Shown here one piece after another: positions 10,700 through 21,626 of a stretch of DNA of 63,698 nt. Location: NCBI GenBank assembly GCA_002811645.1, contig PDIP01000105.1:62303-126000 (forward strand), written 5' to 3'. The DNA is from Corallochytrium limacisporum Hawaii. Taxonomy: Eukaryota > Protista > Pluriformea. Every line of letters begins with the position of its first letter. The stretch's first letter is position 1. Below the pieces are notes generated by a model, which ran no database searches, had not been told where the DNA came from, and was given only the letters and a program-made list of their open reading frames with translations. Both the position numbers and the translations under genes were made by a program.

Positions 10700-13600
10700 A
10701 TGTCGGATCCAGTTTCTTTCGCCGTCCATCAGGACATCGATCTCAGTGACAAGGTTCAAGTCGCGCCTAATCAAAGCAAGCGCCAGCGTAGACCTCGGTC
10801 TTCTATTCTCAAGGTCCCGAAGTCCGACCGGGCTGCGCTTGGTGAAGTAGATCAGAACACAGATACGCCATCCAAGGCAGCACAGCGCAAGCAGGAACAG
10901 AAGAATCGTCGGGTCAGCTTCGCCCCCAGACAGGAGTTCAGGGAATATGTTACCAATGCTGCGGAATGGAATTCTCCTACTGCAACTGACAGCACCGGGG
11001 ACAAAACCGTGCCGAGCCAGCCCCACGCTCCTCAACCTGCTCAGGTCGAACCTTTGGATGTGAACGATCACACTGGTGACCTGTCATCGGAGTTCTCCAA
11101 CAGTATCAGCGGACCGGCCCTTGGTGCCTTTGCCCTACGTGCAGTGGCAGCAGCGAACAAGCGCAATGAGGCAGAGGCAGAAGAGGACGACAATGATGTC
11201 GATATGGAAATGACTGGTGAGATCTCCATTAGCATGGAACCACCAACCCTTCTTGGGCAACAACCCGCCGAAGAAGAAGCTGATGATACTCACGAAGTGT
11301 CTATGGAAATGACTATAAATGCCACGGATGCCATTGCCCGTGCTGCCCTCCAGCAGCAGAGGGTTGATGACACTCGGGAAGTTTCCATGGATATGACTAA
11401 CATGAATGCACCGGAGGATGATGCAGTAGAGCAGGACATGGATGAAGAGACCATCACCACTGGTTTGGTGCTGAGAAAGCAGCCCGAAGGGGACCTTCAG
11501 GACGCCACCGTTACAGAAATTCAACGCGGAGAGGAGACCGCCGGACAAACGACGGTCTTCTTCCTTGGGGGTCATCACAATGAAGACATTGGTCTTCTGG
11601 GAGAAGAGGAGCCTGCAGATTTCAACAAAATGTCTCGTCTGTCCCTTGATCCCTCCACCAGCCTGCGCCTTGCTACACCGCAGAGACAGGCCCTCCGCAA
11701 GGAGCGGACCTCCACTCCTCGCATGCAGCAGCACCAGCAGGCCTCTCAGAGGACCCCCATTCCCGTTGGTGTGCCCAAGGACGTGAAAGAGGCCACTGAG
11801 ATCTTTGCACCGAGGCGCTGCCTCGCTCGCTCCCCTGTGAAGGGTGGTTCACAGCAGGCGATGCCCACGCCGCAGCCACAGAAAATGGCTCCTGCTCCTG
11901 TTCGGCAACCCGCAACGGCTCCTCGGCCGGTTGTGGAGAAAATGGCTCCAGTGCAGCCTGCACCTGTCACCCCAGTGCCCGCTCGGATGGAGCTGCCGAG
12001 GCAGACCGTGCCTGCACCTACACCAGTTGCAATGCCGATGGAAAGGCCGCCGCCGGCGGCCGCTATTGCACCTCAGGCTCCAAAGACTCCTCAGAGTGCC
12101 CAGAAGCAACGTCTGGACTCGGCTCCCGCCACTCCAGCTGCTGGTGATGTGACCGATGATCTCACCAATACTGGCACTCACATCCGGCAGCCCCTGATGT
12201 TCCGCGATGACCTCATCACGCAGGAAATGCCCAATCCTTCTCAGTTCCTTATTACTGCTGCCACTGCACCCAGTATGACAAGCACCGAGATGGAGGCTGA
12301 ACTCATTGACATCGATGTTGCACTTCAGGACTTCTGGTATGAATCCGGTGTGCGCTTCTGGGACAACATGAACATGCGCCGTCGTACCACCATGATGGGT
12401 GGAAAGATCACTCTGCGCGGAAATGCGGACAAATTCCGTGTCGCGTGTCTCACCATTCGCGAACTATCGTGGTACGACATGGCCTGCAAGTCAATTAGCC
12501 ATGCCCATGAGCAACTGAAGAAGGACGTCGCGGTAATGACTCGCAACATTGAGGGCAACGCTCCCCGAATCATGCGACTGACCATGGCCTTGGCAGCTGC
12601 TGACGATGCCGATAGCGAGGAGGCACTGCAGACTCTGCAGCACACTTTCACAGCCTTGAAAACGTCTCTGCGTACAGAGGTTCGCATGCAGTGGTACCAG
12701 TGGCGCACCGAGTTTGAGCGCGGTCTGCAGCAGGTTCTGCGCGAGCAGATCCAGACCTTGCAGCAGGGACTCTTCCATTTGACCACCCTCAATGGAGAGG
12801 TCTCGATGGAAGCCCGTCGTCTGGAGAATCACTACCGTGAGACCATTCAGAAGCTTCAGGAGAACCCAATGAAGCACATGGATGAGGCCCAGATTGAGAA
12901 GCTCGTTAACCATCAAAAGGCCGTCCAGGAGGTCGGTCAAGCCATCGAGACCAAGAGAAGTGAGGTCCAGAATCTGAAGGCCGAGCACGCTGACCTCGAT
13001 GAGCGGATGCAACGGCTGGAGAAGGTCACCTCCCAGAAGACAGAGAACCTGACCAATTTGATCAACAGCCTTAGCCAGGACGTCACCGAAGAGACCCTGG
13101 CTGCGGCCCAGAAGGCTCGTGACTCTATGGACCATGCCGTTCCGTGGAGCCTGCATATCCGTGGCGCTGACATGCCCACGTTTAAGTGGATGGAAAACCA
13201 GCTGAGTCTAACTTTCAGTTTGCAGGACAACCGGTTTGAAATTGAGTACGTGGATACCCACTGTACTCCTGCGGAGGCCGCGCTCATGCGTTGCCTAGCC
13301 AGCAGCCAAACTCGTCGTGCCATTGACGATGGCTTCCGAGGCAAGGGATGGGCTCCCAAGATTCTCAAGCGCTTCGAGCTCGTCCTGGGTCGTGGCCACG
13401 ACCTGATTGACGAGGCCGAGCAATGTAGCATGCTGACTAATGTTACTGTCAGGCAGTTCGACGGTCCGGTGCTGCGCACCACATTCCTTGTGGACCACGC
13501 TTTGTCGTCCGTGGCTCCTGCCACCGAGGTGCACATTGATTTCAATGTCTACGAATACCCGTACATTGCTCCGGCCGTGAGTGCCAATAGCTTTGGTACA

Positions 13601-13720
13601 CGCCAAGCACCAATTCACCGCGAGGAGGCCCTGGTGCGTAGCATCCACGAGCTCAATGCTGGCTTTAACTACCTGCAACGAGTCCACAACGCCATTCTCT
13701 CACACTTCCGTCATGTCTAA
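10700..13720 (+). CDS. KNL1: Kinetochore scaffold KNL1/Spc105/Spc7 (1006 aa)
   Basis: N-terminal PP1-docking motifs RSSILK and RRVSF; MELT-like repeats DMEMT, SMEMT, SMDMT; C-terminal coiled coil followed by an RWD-like region. Confidence 0.88.
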   Translation: MSDPVSFAVHQDIDLSDKVQVAPNQSKRQRRPRSSILKVPKSDRAALGEVDQNTDTPSKAAQRKQEQKNRRVSFAPRQEFREYVTNAAEWNSPTATDSTGDKTVPSQPHAPQPAQVEPLDVNDHTGDLSSEFSNSISGPALGAFALRAVAAANKRNEAEAEEDDNDVDMEMTGEISISMEPPTLLGQQPAEEEADDTHEVSMEMTINATDAIARAALQQQRVDDTREVSMDMTNMNAPEDDAVEQDMDEETITTGLVLRKQPEGDLQDATVTEIQRGEETAGQTTVFFLGGHHNEDIGLLGEEEPADFNKMSRLSLDPSTSLRLATPQRQALRKERTSTPRMQQHQQASQRTPIPVGVPKDVKEATEIFAPRRCLARSPVKGGSQQAMPTPQPQKMAPAPVRQPATAPRPVVEKMAPVQPAPVTPVPARMELPRQTVPAPTPVAMPMERPPPAAAIAPQAPKTPQSAQKQRLDSAPATPAAGDVTDDLTNTGTHIRQPLMFRDDLITQEMPNPSQFLITAATAPSMTSTEMEAELIDIDVALQDFWYESGVRFWDNMNMRRRTTMMGGKITLRGNADKFRVACLTIRELSWYDMACKSISHAHEQLKKDVAVMTRNIEGNAPRIMRLTMALAAADDADSEEALQTLQHTFTALKTSLRTEVRMQWYQWRTEFERGLQQVLREQIQTLQQGLFHLTTLNGEVSMEARRLENHYRETIQKLQENPMKHMDEAQIEKLVNHQKAVQEVGQAIETKRSEVQNLKAEHADLDERMQRLEKVTSQKTENLTNLINSLSQDVTEETLAAAQKARDSMDHAVPWSLHIRGADMPTFKWMENQLSLTFSLQDNRFEIEYVDTHCTPAEAALMRCLASSQTRRAIDDGFRGKGWAPKILKRFELVLGRGHDLIDEAEQCSMLTNVTVRQFDGPVLRTTFLVDHALSSVAPATEVHIDFNVYEYPYIAPAVSANSFGTRQAPIHREEALVRSIHELNAGFNYLQRVHNAILSHFRHV

Positions 13721-13876
13721 AGAAAACAACACAGTCTTTATCAAATCAAAAAGAACCAAATTCACTGCCACATCGATTGTTTTTCCAACTAGTTTTCCAT
13801 GTGGAAACATCAACGGCTAATTTCTTTCAAATGTGACTACTATTTACATATATTTTCATCAGTCTCAGGTCCTCCC

Positions 13877-14287
13877 TCATGCTTCCGCTTCTGCCTCTGG
13901 TTCCTTTGGCTTTTGGTAGCTTCCTGGCTTGAGCATTTGTTCCTTCTCTGGCCCCTCAGGGATTGAGTCAGCCACCTGCTGCTTCATGCGGTGGATGGCG
14001 ACATTGCGCCAGAACGGGGGCAGAATACCCGCCTGTCCTAAGATCTTTGCCACCGGCTCAGTGGGTTCAGCACCCTGGCCAATCCAGTACCGTATGCGAT
14101 TGAAATCCAATTTGTAATGCTTGGCGCCATCAACATAGGGTTTAGAGTTGAAGGAACCGACATGTTCAATGAACCGACCGTCTCGGGACCCGAAGCGTTT
14201 GACCGCAATCCGCCAGTGCATGTTCTGATTATTGCCAAAGCGCTGCAGCGCCAATTTTAACCGACCATACTGGGAAAGACCGCCCAT
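13877..14287 (-). CDS. MRPS16: Mitochondrial ribosomal protein bS16m
   Basis: LKLALQRFG...WRIAV...RDGRFIEHVGSFN...RIRYWIGQGAEPTEPVAKILGQAGILP is the S16 signature with the mitochondrial-type C-terminal extension. Confidence 0.93.
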   Translation of the reverse strand: MGGLSQYGRLKLALQRFGNNQNMHWRIAVKRFGSRDGRFIEHVGSFNSKPYVDGAKHYKLDFNRIRYWIGQGAEPTEPVAKILGQAGILPPFWRNVAIHRMKQQVADSIPEGPEKEQMLKPGSYQKPKEPEAEAEA

Positions 14288-15633
14288 GATATTTTGTATA
14301 TATTTGAAACCCTATCTATATGTTCTTACTGTATTGCTTAAATTCTCATTTCATGCTTTGAGATGTAGTATAGGATCAGTTTTGTTCGAGTGATGCACCA
14401 GGTCTCTCGTTGAAGTCACAGCGCTCAAGCACCCTTTCTCTGAACTCGTAGAAATATGAAGTACCATACAGTGATCTGTAGTGCCGGGATACTTTCATGA
14501 CACGCCATTGCTAGTGCCACTTAACTCTCAATCGAAACAGGAAGACAGCCCATTCCTTCCATTGCTGGTCCAGGCGTTCGGTCCATCGTTCTCGCTGGTC
14601 ACCCACCACAACCACCCAGAAGGTGTGCAGCACAGCAGCGGCCCATTGCGACCCTGGTTCTCCCACTACCGCGCCCGACTCCCATACTCCAACAACCCCC
14701 TTCCACTCACCCCGCAGCCACACACGCGCGCACACACTAATTTTCCAAATCCACCGCTCTCCGGTGATTTTATATACGGAATGTAATAAAGATTCGAGGC
14801 CCAGTGCCCAATCGCAACTGGCGGGCACTGTGGGGGGGGGGGGGCGGTTTGTTGGTGGTGGGAGGAGGGTTGGAGGGTGAACGACGACTAAAGCAGAATT
14901 GGGGTTGCTCCGGGGCTTGACGGTACTGTTGCCATACACAGAGGGGGGGGGTTCTTGGGCCCCGATGACGGTAGTTTGGTGTATATTTTTTGTCCTTTCT
15001 TTTCGTTAAGAGAAAATCTTTCCCCTTGGCTTTTTGGGTATTCTGCTTAATGGGGCGGGAGCCAGTCCCCGCGGGGAGTGAGCCCGCCTTCGCAAGAGCG
15101 GAGGGGAAGGAGGAGTTGTGTGAGAGTGGCGTAAGAAGTGGCACGCCCTGAAACCAGCTGGCTATTTTTTTTCCTTTGGTCCTTTTCCTTTTATTTTTTG
15201 TTTCCTCGTTTGCTTTTTGGGCCTTTAATACTTTTTCCCGTGTAGGTCACCCCCGCCCCGCTCTCCCACCTACCGTTCGCCCGTCGCGCTCCCGGTGGAG
15301 TGGGAAGGGTTGGAGTGGGCAACCAGCGGAAGGGGCCTGCCGCGTTAATGCTTGCTGCAGTGAGTGTGGACGAGGATTGCGGTCCCATTTCTTGAAGGTT
15401 CTTAAGCCGGCCGGCCCAGTCATGGTATAATCATTATGATGACATGGGTTGCGTGAACGGACTTATTTGTTCGAATTCTGAACCGGAATAAAAGCGAATC
15501 TCAAGGAAACCCGGGGAGCCTTTAGTAAACACCTGGAACGATTGCAGTCATTGACTTTGTTGGAAAAGGAGCCAATTGGAGTAGACCAGAGGCCTTCAAA
15601 CCCAATTACAGACACATATAACTACAAATTGCC

Positions 15634-16173
15634 ATGGGCTTTCCGTTCTATTCCGTCGACGAGCTGAAGGAGCCCAAGATCTACCTAAAGGTAGCCGAGG
15701 CATCCCTCGCCGTCTTCTGCCTTATCCTGGCCGTAGCTAGCGGGACATGGAGCAAACTCGACGAGTACGGAAGTACAGGTGACGGTGCTTTCTTTGTGAC
15801 ATGGCAAGTGCTGTCTGTACTGGCTGCAATGGCAGCATTATACCTGTACGATACACCCAAGGCTGGCACAGACGAATTTACACGCATGGACGTATACTTT
15901 GAGGCAGTCTGGGCGTTCATTACCCTTGTTGGACACAGCGTATGGGCAGACGCTGTCTACGATATGCCGCATGACGGTGCCGCTGTGACCAGCACTGTCT
16001 TCGGGTATTTTGCAATATTCGCGTGGATCGCCAACATTTACGTGTGCTTCCAGGAGACACCGTGGTTCACATACCAGAGGGCTACGGATTCGCACACGCA
16101 CTATCTGAACGTGGATGATATGCAATCTGCACACGGACCAGAAGATGACGACGATCTACACCAATTTACATGA
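15634..16173 (+). CDS. MARVEL-domain 4-TM protein (synaptogyrin/CMTM-like), 179 aa
   Basis: LKVAE at the start of TM1; four TM helices; AAVTSTVFGYFAIFAW resembles MARVEL TM4; acidic tail. Confidence 0.7.
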   Translation: MGFPFYSVDELKEPKIYLKVAEASLAVFCLILAVASGTWSKLDEYGSTGDGAFFVTWQVLSVLAAMAALYLYDTPKAGTDEFTRMDVYFEAVWAFITLVGHSVWADAVYDMPHDGAAVTSTVFGYFAIFAWIANIYVCFQETPWFTYQRATDSHTHYLNVDDMQSAHGPEDDDDLHQFT

Positions 16174-16272
16174 GCAGCCAGGTTTACATCATCAACTATT
16201 ACAGAAATGCATTCAACAAAACGGAGAAATGCCTTATCGGGGCCTTGTGCGTTTGGGGTTTGGTTTAGCATA

Positions 16273-16704
16273 TCACGGCTTGTGTATTGTATTCATCGGC
16301 GAACACAGGCCTGCAGCACGGGATGTTGCTACTGTGATGTGCTCTTTGTTGTCCACGAGCTCGTGTCCTTGTCTGTAGTTCCGACACCGACGCGCTTTGC
16401 TGACGGTACTGACCTGGTTCACTCCGGACGGTAGGGCCGGACCGGTGCGACCGATGGCTTCATCCGAGGTGACAAAATTGGCGCCGTACATGGAGGTCTT
16501 TTCCATGGATGGACCATTGCGGTACCGTCCAAGATTGATACCGATAGAATGGTGGGCATCTCCGATGTCCTCGTCGCGGCCGACAACGTTGACAAAGCTG
16601 TGATCTGCGACGCTCGGGCCTAGTGGTCCCTCTGCGTTTTTGTTCGGAATCTTGATATGTTCCTCATCGGGGGAGTGGAAGATGCGTTGATAGTCACTGA
16701 CCAT
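16273..16704 (-). CDS. Hypothetical 143-aa protein, possibly CFAP90/C5orf49-like ciliary protein
   Basis: First in-frame ATG is at 16704 (the track start at 16800 is TTG). YQRIFH...RDEDIGDAHHSIGINL...TSMYG loosely echoes CFAP90. Stop lies 99 bp from the MARVEL stop, like other convergent pairs here. Confidence 0.45.
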   Translation of the reverse strand: MVSDYQRIFHSPDEEHIKIPNKNAEGPLGPSVADHSFVNVVGRDEDIGDAHHSIGINLGRYRNGPSMEKTSMYGANFVTSDEAIGRTGPALPSGVNQVSTVSKARRCRNYRQGHELVDNKEHITVATSRAAGLCSPMNTIHKP

Positions 16705-18912
16705 GTACGTGCCGTGCCGTTCTCGACCCTTTGGCCCACTGTACGGAAAATTGATTTTGATTTTGATTACAATAGCATATCCGGTATATACAAATACCAA
16801 AATTATTCTGATTCAACTGTAGAACCCCAGTTCCCTGAATTGATCCCGATCACCGTAGTAGTTGCATACTGAGACAGCCACTGCCGACGTCCCCAATACG
16901 CACAATCATACAATCAATCCCACCAGAAGGGCACTACGGGGCACACCGTCCACCCCCTCCCCACCCGCTCCTCTCCCTCTCTCTTCCTCTCTCTCGCTCA
17001 CCGGCGGGGTCTCTCTCTGTGTTCCTTTGTCGCTTCCACTTTTTTTTTCTTGGCCCTTCTTTTTTGCAGCCGCCTTAGTTCTCCGGCCGGCCACGAAAAT
17101 TTCGGCGTACGTTTTCAGTTGGGGGAGGGGGGGGAGCGGATGTGGTGGTGGTGCACCCCCCGTCTTTTCCCCGTGGCAGAGAGATCTGTTTCTGTGCCCA
17201 GGGCCGAGGACGTTTCTCCTCTTTGCGGGAGATATCAAAACGCGGTAACGATAGGTCTATCAATCACTCGTGCTTGAAAACATGTCCGTTAGTATTCTGA
17301 ATACATTACGATATCCGGCCCACAACACCTACGGTGATCATTCAATTCATGGTGCTCCCCATCCCGTACAAAAAAAGTGTCCACCGTTTACCCCCTCAGG
17401 ACCCGTTCCTGGTGGTCAGCAAGGGAGAGTGGTGGGGGGGGGGGAGAGAGGGGTGTGTGTGCTCCCTTCCTTGTTCAACCGGCCCTGCCTGCCTGCCTTG
17501 CCTGCTGCTCATGATTGATCACATGCGTGCTTTCGTGTGTGTGTGAGTGAGTGGTGTCTAATTTTTTTAATCTGCGATTGGGAGTGGAGTGTTTATTCTT
17601 AGGTTCTCTTTGCCTTGGTTTACTATTCTGGGTTTTTTTTGACGCCCCATCCTCCGCACGAATGGTAAGTGGTGCTGTAAGTTGCCTATATTTTCCCTTG
17701 ACCCTTTTCATTTCCTTCGTTTCTTTTTCCGTTGGGGGCGTCGCGCAGCTTCGGCCTTTTTTTCCGGTGTCGCATTCGTTCATGTAAGTCATTCTTTTTT
17801 TTTTGGTGTTTGAACCCCGGCCGAGGGCGAATGATTGAAAATATTCTCAGCACAAATTCAGTACTGAAATGCGCAATTGATTTCTGGGAAAGGAAGATAA
17901 AAGGGGGCGGGCGTGGATCTGTGAAATAGAAGGGGGAGAAGACGAGACCAAAAGTGAGGAAAAGGGAAAACATGTGACCCATGCAGTCGCAGTAGGGGAG
18001 CCGAAGGGATTGTCGATGGGACTGGTTGATTTAGTATTGTATCTTGCCCCCCTTTTCTTGGCAAGCGGATCTTTTTATCCTTTTTTTTTCATTCTCTTCG
18101 GTGGGCCCCCTTGAGGGAGAGGGTGTGATCGGCGGTCGTGGCGTCTCGTCCTTGACAAACCATTTGCCTACTATCCTTCCGTGTCCAGATTTTATTAAGT
18201 ACATTGGAATAGATAACTCAGTTCATAAATTTGAAAAGAGTGCAAATCACCTATATGGTAGCTCTACTCTTTAATAGGGGGGATCCCGGACCTGTACCAC
18301 GCCCCTCAAAGGATCTCACCACAGGCTTCTCGAGAAACTGCAGTACTTTCAGTACTGGACGCGGGGTTGTGCGTCGTATGGCTTTTTTGTCTTGCACGGC
18401 AGAGGCGTCAGCAGTGGTACCGGGAAGGACCAATGGCTGCAAGCTTACCAGACCTTCGGGAGTCTATATTAGATTCAAAGGACTCAATTAATTTGACTTT
18501 ATACTTGTTCATTGTACGGGTGTTGTTGTGTTGAACACATGCCTAACCGGCAAGTTTAGAGATGAGAGCCTTAATTGATGGTTGTGTATTGAATGCTATG
18601 GATACCGCCAACGAAAGTGCAGGAAATGGTACCCGACAGTGAGCTGCAACGTGGTGACCCAAACTGGGTCTATTCACACTGAATACACGTCGTGCTATTT
18701 CACCATCGCCACTATAGTTATCTATATGCATGGACCAAGTATGCAATGTACATACGCGTTCAACTTGTGTTAGAGTTAGAGACCAAGAACGAGATATCTT
18801 GAATCCAAGAGGGCATATTAGACTTCTGGCGAGACAACAGAATACGAATCCAACATGGCGTGAAAAGGTAGCCTACGTATGAAAAACAGATTCTCAAGTC
18901 AATAGTGGCAAC

Positions 18913-21504
18913 ATGAGTGTCCAACGGCGACGGTCGAAAAAGCCGTTCACAATTGAACTGGTTGAGCCGGGTGCCCATGACATTATATACAACTACCAAG
19001 TGCTTGCGGAGTCCGATGACTCGGCAAGTGCAGCAACGGTCGATGTCATCATGGGCTTTGACACACACAAAATGCAACCCCGGTCGCGCCAGAGGCGTTG
19101 GGATGTCCACGGAGTTCGTAATGCATTACGAGTACTCATGAAGAACGGAGACTTGCATACCGCCTATAAGGAAGTGTGGGAACTGGCATGGAACCGGTCC
19201 AGTATTAAACAGAAGACAGAGGAGGAATTGAAGGCGTTCCGGGCGCACGCGTTTAGGTACCTGGCTGTGTTCCATCCGGAGGCCGGGTTCAGGCTTGTGC
19301 CTTGCAGGCGCTACGATAGCAATACCCTGGAAGTCAAAGTGTTGGCAACTCGGCCGTGGACCAAGGGTGAGGTCATCTCACACCTGAGCGGCTGCATTGC
19401 GGGCATGACCCAGGAGGAAGAAGAAGAGTACTTGCGACCGGGAGAGAATGATTTTAGTGTAATGTACAGCGTACGAAAGGGCTGTGCTCAGCTCTGGCTA
19501 GGACCAGCTTCATACATCAACCATGACTGCCGTCCCAATGCAAAATTCGTACCCCAAGGTAAAAGTGCTGCGTACGTGCACATCACAGCAGACATTGCCG
19601 TGGGCGAGGAAATTGTTGTGTACTACGGAAAGCACTTCTTTGGAGCATACAATTGCAACTGCAAATGCACAACATGCCAACTGACAGGTAAGGGAGCATT
19701 CGCACCGAAGGATGAGAGTAAGTCACGGGAACGAGACACTGAAGGTACGGCGTCTGAGACAGCCTCACTAACCAGTGAGACTGAGTCCCAGGTCTGCGGA
19801 GAAGAGATTCGAAGGCGCTTGAATCTTACGGACAAGAAGTCCCTGGGTGGTCTGAAATCCGAAGATCTCAAGCTGGTTTCGTACAATGACTTTGAGAACT
19901 CACCTGCCAAGAGCACACGGCGAAAGACATATAAGAAGGTCGAAGAAGATACGGAGTTGTTAAAGGATGATTTCAAACTAGGTGACCCGGAGTATTATAA
20001 GGAGTTGTGGAATGCCCTCAAAGATGAAGAGCTTCGGCAGCAAAACAAAAAGAACGGGAAAACACACCGGATCCTGGGCTTTGAGGCTGAGAAGGAGCGC
20101 CGTAGAGTGGTGTTTGTAAACCCGATGGACGATAGGGAACTCTTCTGGTGGCCGGCCATGGTGGTGCCTGAAGATGAATACGATGAGACGATGCCCAAAC
20201 CAGATGATGATGATGAGGTTGTCGTCCGTTACTTCGAGGATATGGCGTACAGCCCTGCTATCAGCAAAGATCTCATACCATTCACCAAGAAGTGTGACAT
20301 GTACCAGGACTTTGCGCGCAAGTTTGGCAGGGCCTTTGAGAACAACAAGGGAACTAAGCGGGCAATGGATTTCTTGAAAAGTGGCGAGGTGCCTCCCGGC
20401 TTCAAGTGGCGTCTTTGGGACCACGATAGGGAAGTTCCAACAGCTCCAGTTGTGTCGCGGCTAAGGGCTGGTGCAGGATGTCTTCCACGGTCCACGTCAG
20501 AAGTGAGTATCGCATCCACCATCACTCCAGCACAGAGTCCCCGTGACGCCCGAAAACAGCGTCACAATTCGGCGGCTCCTAAGGATGACGTAGCACCACC
20601 GGTGAAACGTGGGCCTGGTCGGCCCCGGAAGAGGCCCTTGCCCGAGGACGAGGGTGGCGACCCGCGGCAGCGCACACCGCCACAGCCCGTTCAGCGGAAG
20701 GGTCGTCTTGGGGGTGAACCAGGTGTCTTTAAGCGCGGACCAGGTCGCCCGCCGAAGCGCCGTGGCCCTGGCCGTCCACCTGGTCGGCTGGTAGTTACCC
20801 GCTCTGGCAGGAAGACGTCGATCCGTGTAATGACAAAAGCGCCAGTGGTAAAGCGTCAGCGTCTGGCCTCCCAATCATCCGTCGAGCCCGAACGACGCAG
20901 CCAGCGCATCAGTGAAACAGCTGCTCGTAAGATCAATGACCACGTCCGCGTGACTGTGAGTGCCACCCGCCGTTCCCCTCGCAATTCTGTGGTCAAGGAC
21001 ACGACAGAGGCGTCCGGGAGCGTGGACACTGCTGCTGCTGCTGCTGCTGCCGCTGCCGCTGCCGCTGCGGCAACCTCGTCCTCGCCGCAAACGAGTCCAG
21101 AGCGTGCTGCTGCGGACACGGCAGCTATGCTTGTGGCTGCGGAGCTGGCTGCCAGAGTCATCAAAGACGACGTGCGGCCCCTGGCGGATCCACCGGCCAG
21201 TGTCCATAACGCCGCAGTGGCTGCGGCCGCTATGGCCGTTAATGCCACCCACAGTACCGTAGAAGACTTCTTCATCGATGGTGAGACAGATGAGCCAATG
21301 GTTGGCCACGACTACTCGTTCCACAGCCGCCAAACTGAACATGCATACAGCAGTGACGATGGCGAAGGCACCGGTCACCACCGTGGCTCCAGCGTATCCC
21401 AAGAAACTTCCGAGGTCGAATCTGACAGCCACCTGCACAATCCTCAAGACACCATACGTATCTCAACGATGCGTTTTGGTCGTCTCAATGCAGCACAGTT
21501 CTGA
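18913..21504 (+). CDS. SUV420H: Histone H4K20 methyltransferase SUV420H/Set9 (KMT5B/C) with PWWP-like domain and AT-hooks (863 aa)
   Basis: NDFSVMYSVRKGCAQLWLGPASYINHDCRPNAKF and post-SET CxCxCxxC are diagnostic of SUV420H/Set9. FWWPAMV is PWWP-like. Three GRP AT-hook cores. Confidence 0.92.
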   Translation: MSVQRRRSKKPFTIELVEPGAHDIIYNYQVLAESDDSASAATVDVIMGFDTHKMQPRSRQRRWDVHGVRNALRVLMKNGDLHTAYKEVWELAWNRSSIKQKTEEELKAFRAHAFRYLAVFHPEAGFRLVPCRRYDSNTLEVKVLATRPWTKGEVISHLSGCIAGMTQEEEEEYLRPGENDFSVMYSVRKGCAQLWLGPASYINHDCRPNAKFVPQGKSAAYVHITADIAVGEEIVVYYGKHFFGAYNCNCKCTTCQLTGKGAFAPKDESKSRERDTEGTASETASLTSETESQVCGEEIRRRLNLTDKKSLGGLKSEDLKLVSYNDFENSPAKSTRRKTYKKVEEDTELLKDDFKLGDPEYYKELWNALKDEELRQQNKKNGKTHRILGFEAEKERRRVVFVNPMDDRELFWWPAMVVPEDEYDETMPKPDDDDEVVVRYFEDMAYSPAISKDLIPFTKKCDMYQDFARKFGRAFENNKGTKRAMDFLKSGEVPPGFKWRLWDHDREVPTAPVVSRLRAGAGCLPRSTSEVSIASTITPAQSPRDARKQRHNSAAPKDDVAPPVKRGPGRPRKRPLPEDEGGDPRQRTPPQPVQRKGRLGGEPGVFKRGPGRPPKRRGPGRPPGRLVVTRSGRKTSIRVMTKAPVVKRQRLASQSSVEPERRSQRISETAARKINDHVRVTVSATRRSPRNSVVKDTTEASGSVDTAAAAAAAAAAAAAATSSSPQTSPERAAADTAAMLVAAELAARVIKDDVRPLADPPASVHNAAVAAAAMAVNATHSTVEDFFIDGETDEPMVGHDYSFHSRQTEHAYSSDDGEGTGHHRGSSVSQETSEVESDSHLHNPQDTIRISTMRFGRLNAAQF
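21031..21072 (+). repeat. GCN trinucleotide repeat encoding 14 Ala inside SUV420H
   Basis: (GCT)6 followed by GCC/GCT/GCG/GCA codons. Confidence 0.9.
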
Positions 21505-21626
21505 GCCGTTCCAACACCATTTTGATATCATAGATCGTGATCGAATAAACATGGAGACCAAGGTATGATATGAGTACGAGTGACTATGTATTGCATTTCA
21601 AGGATGTCCGGGGATTATGATCTATC

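Noticed and set aside
15436-15481. C box ATGATGA and D box CTGA, snoRNA-like
   Set aside because: Only about 46 nt, with no terminal stem and no recognisable rRNA guide.
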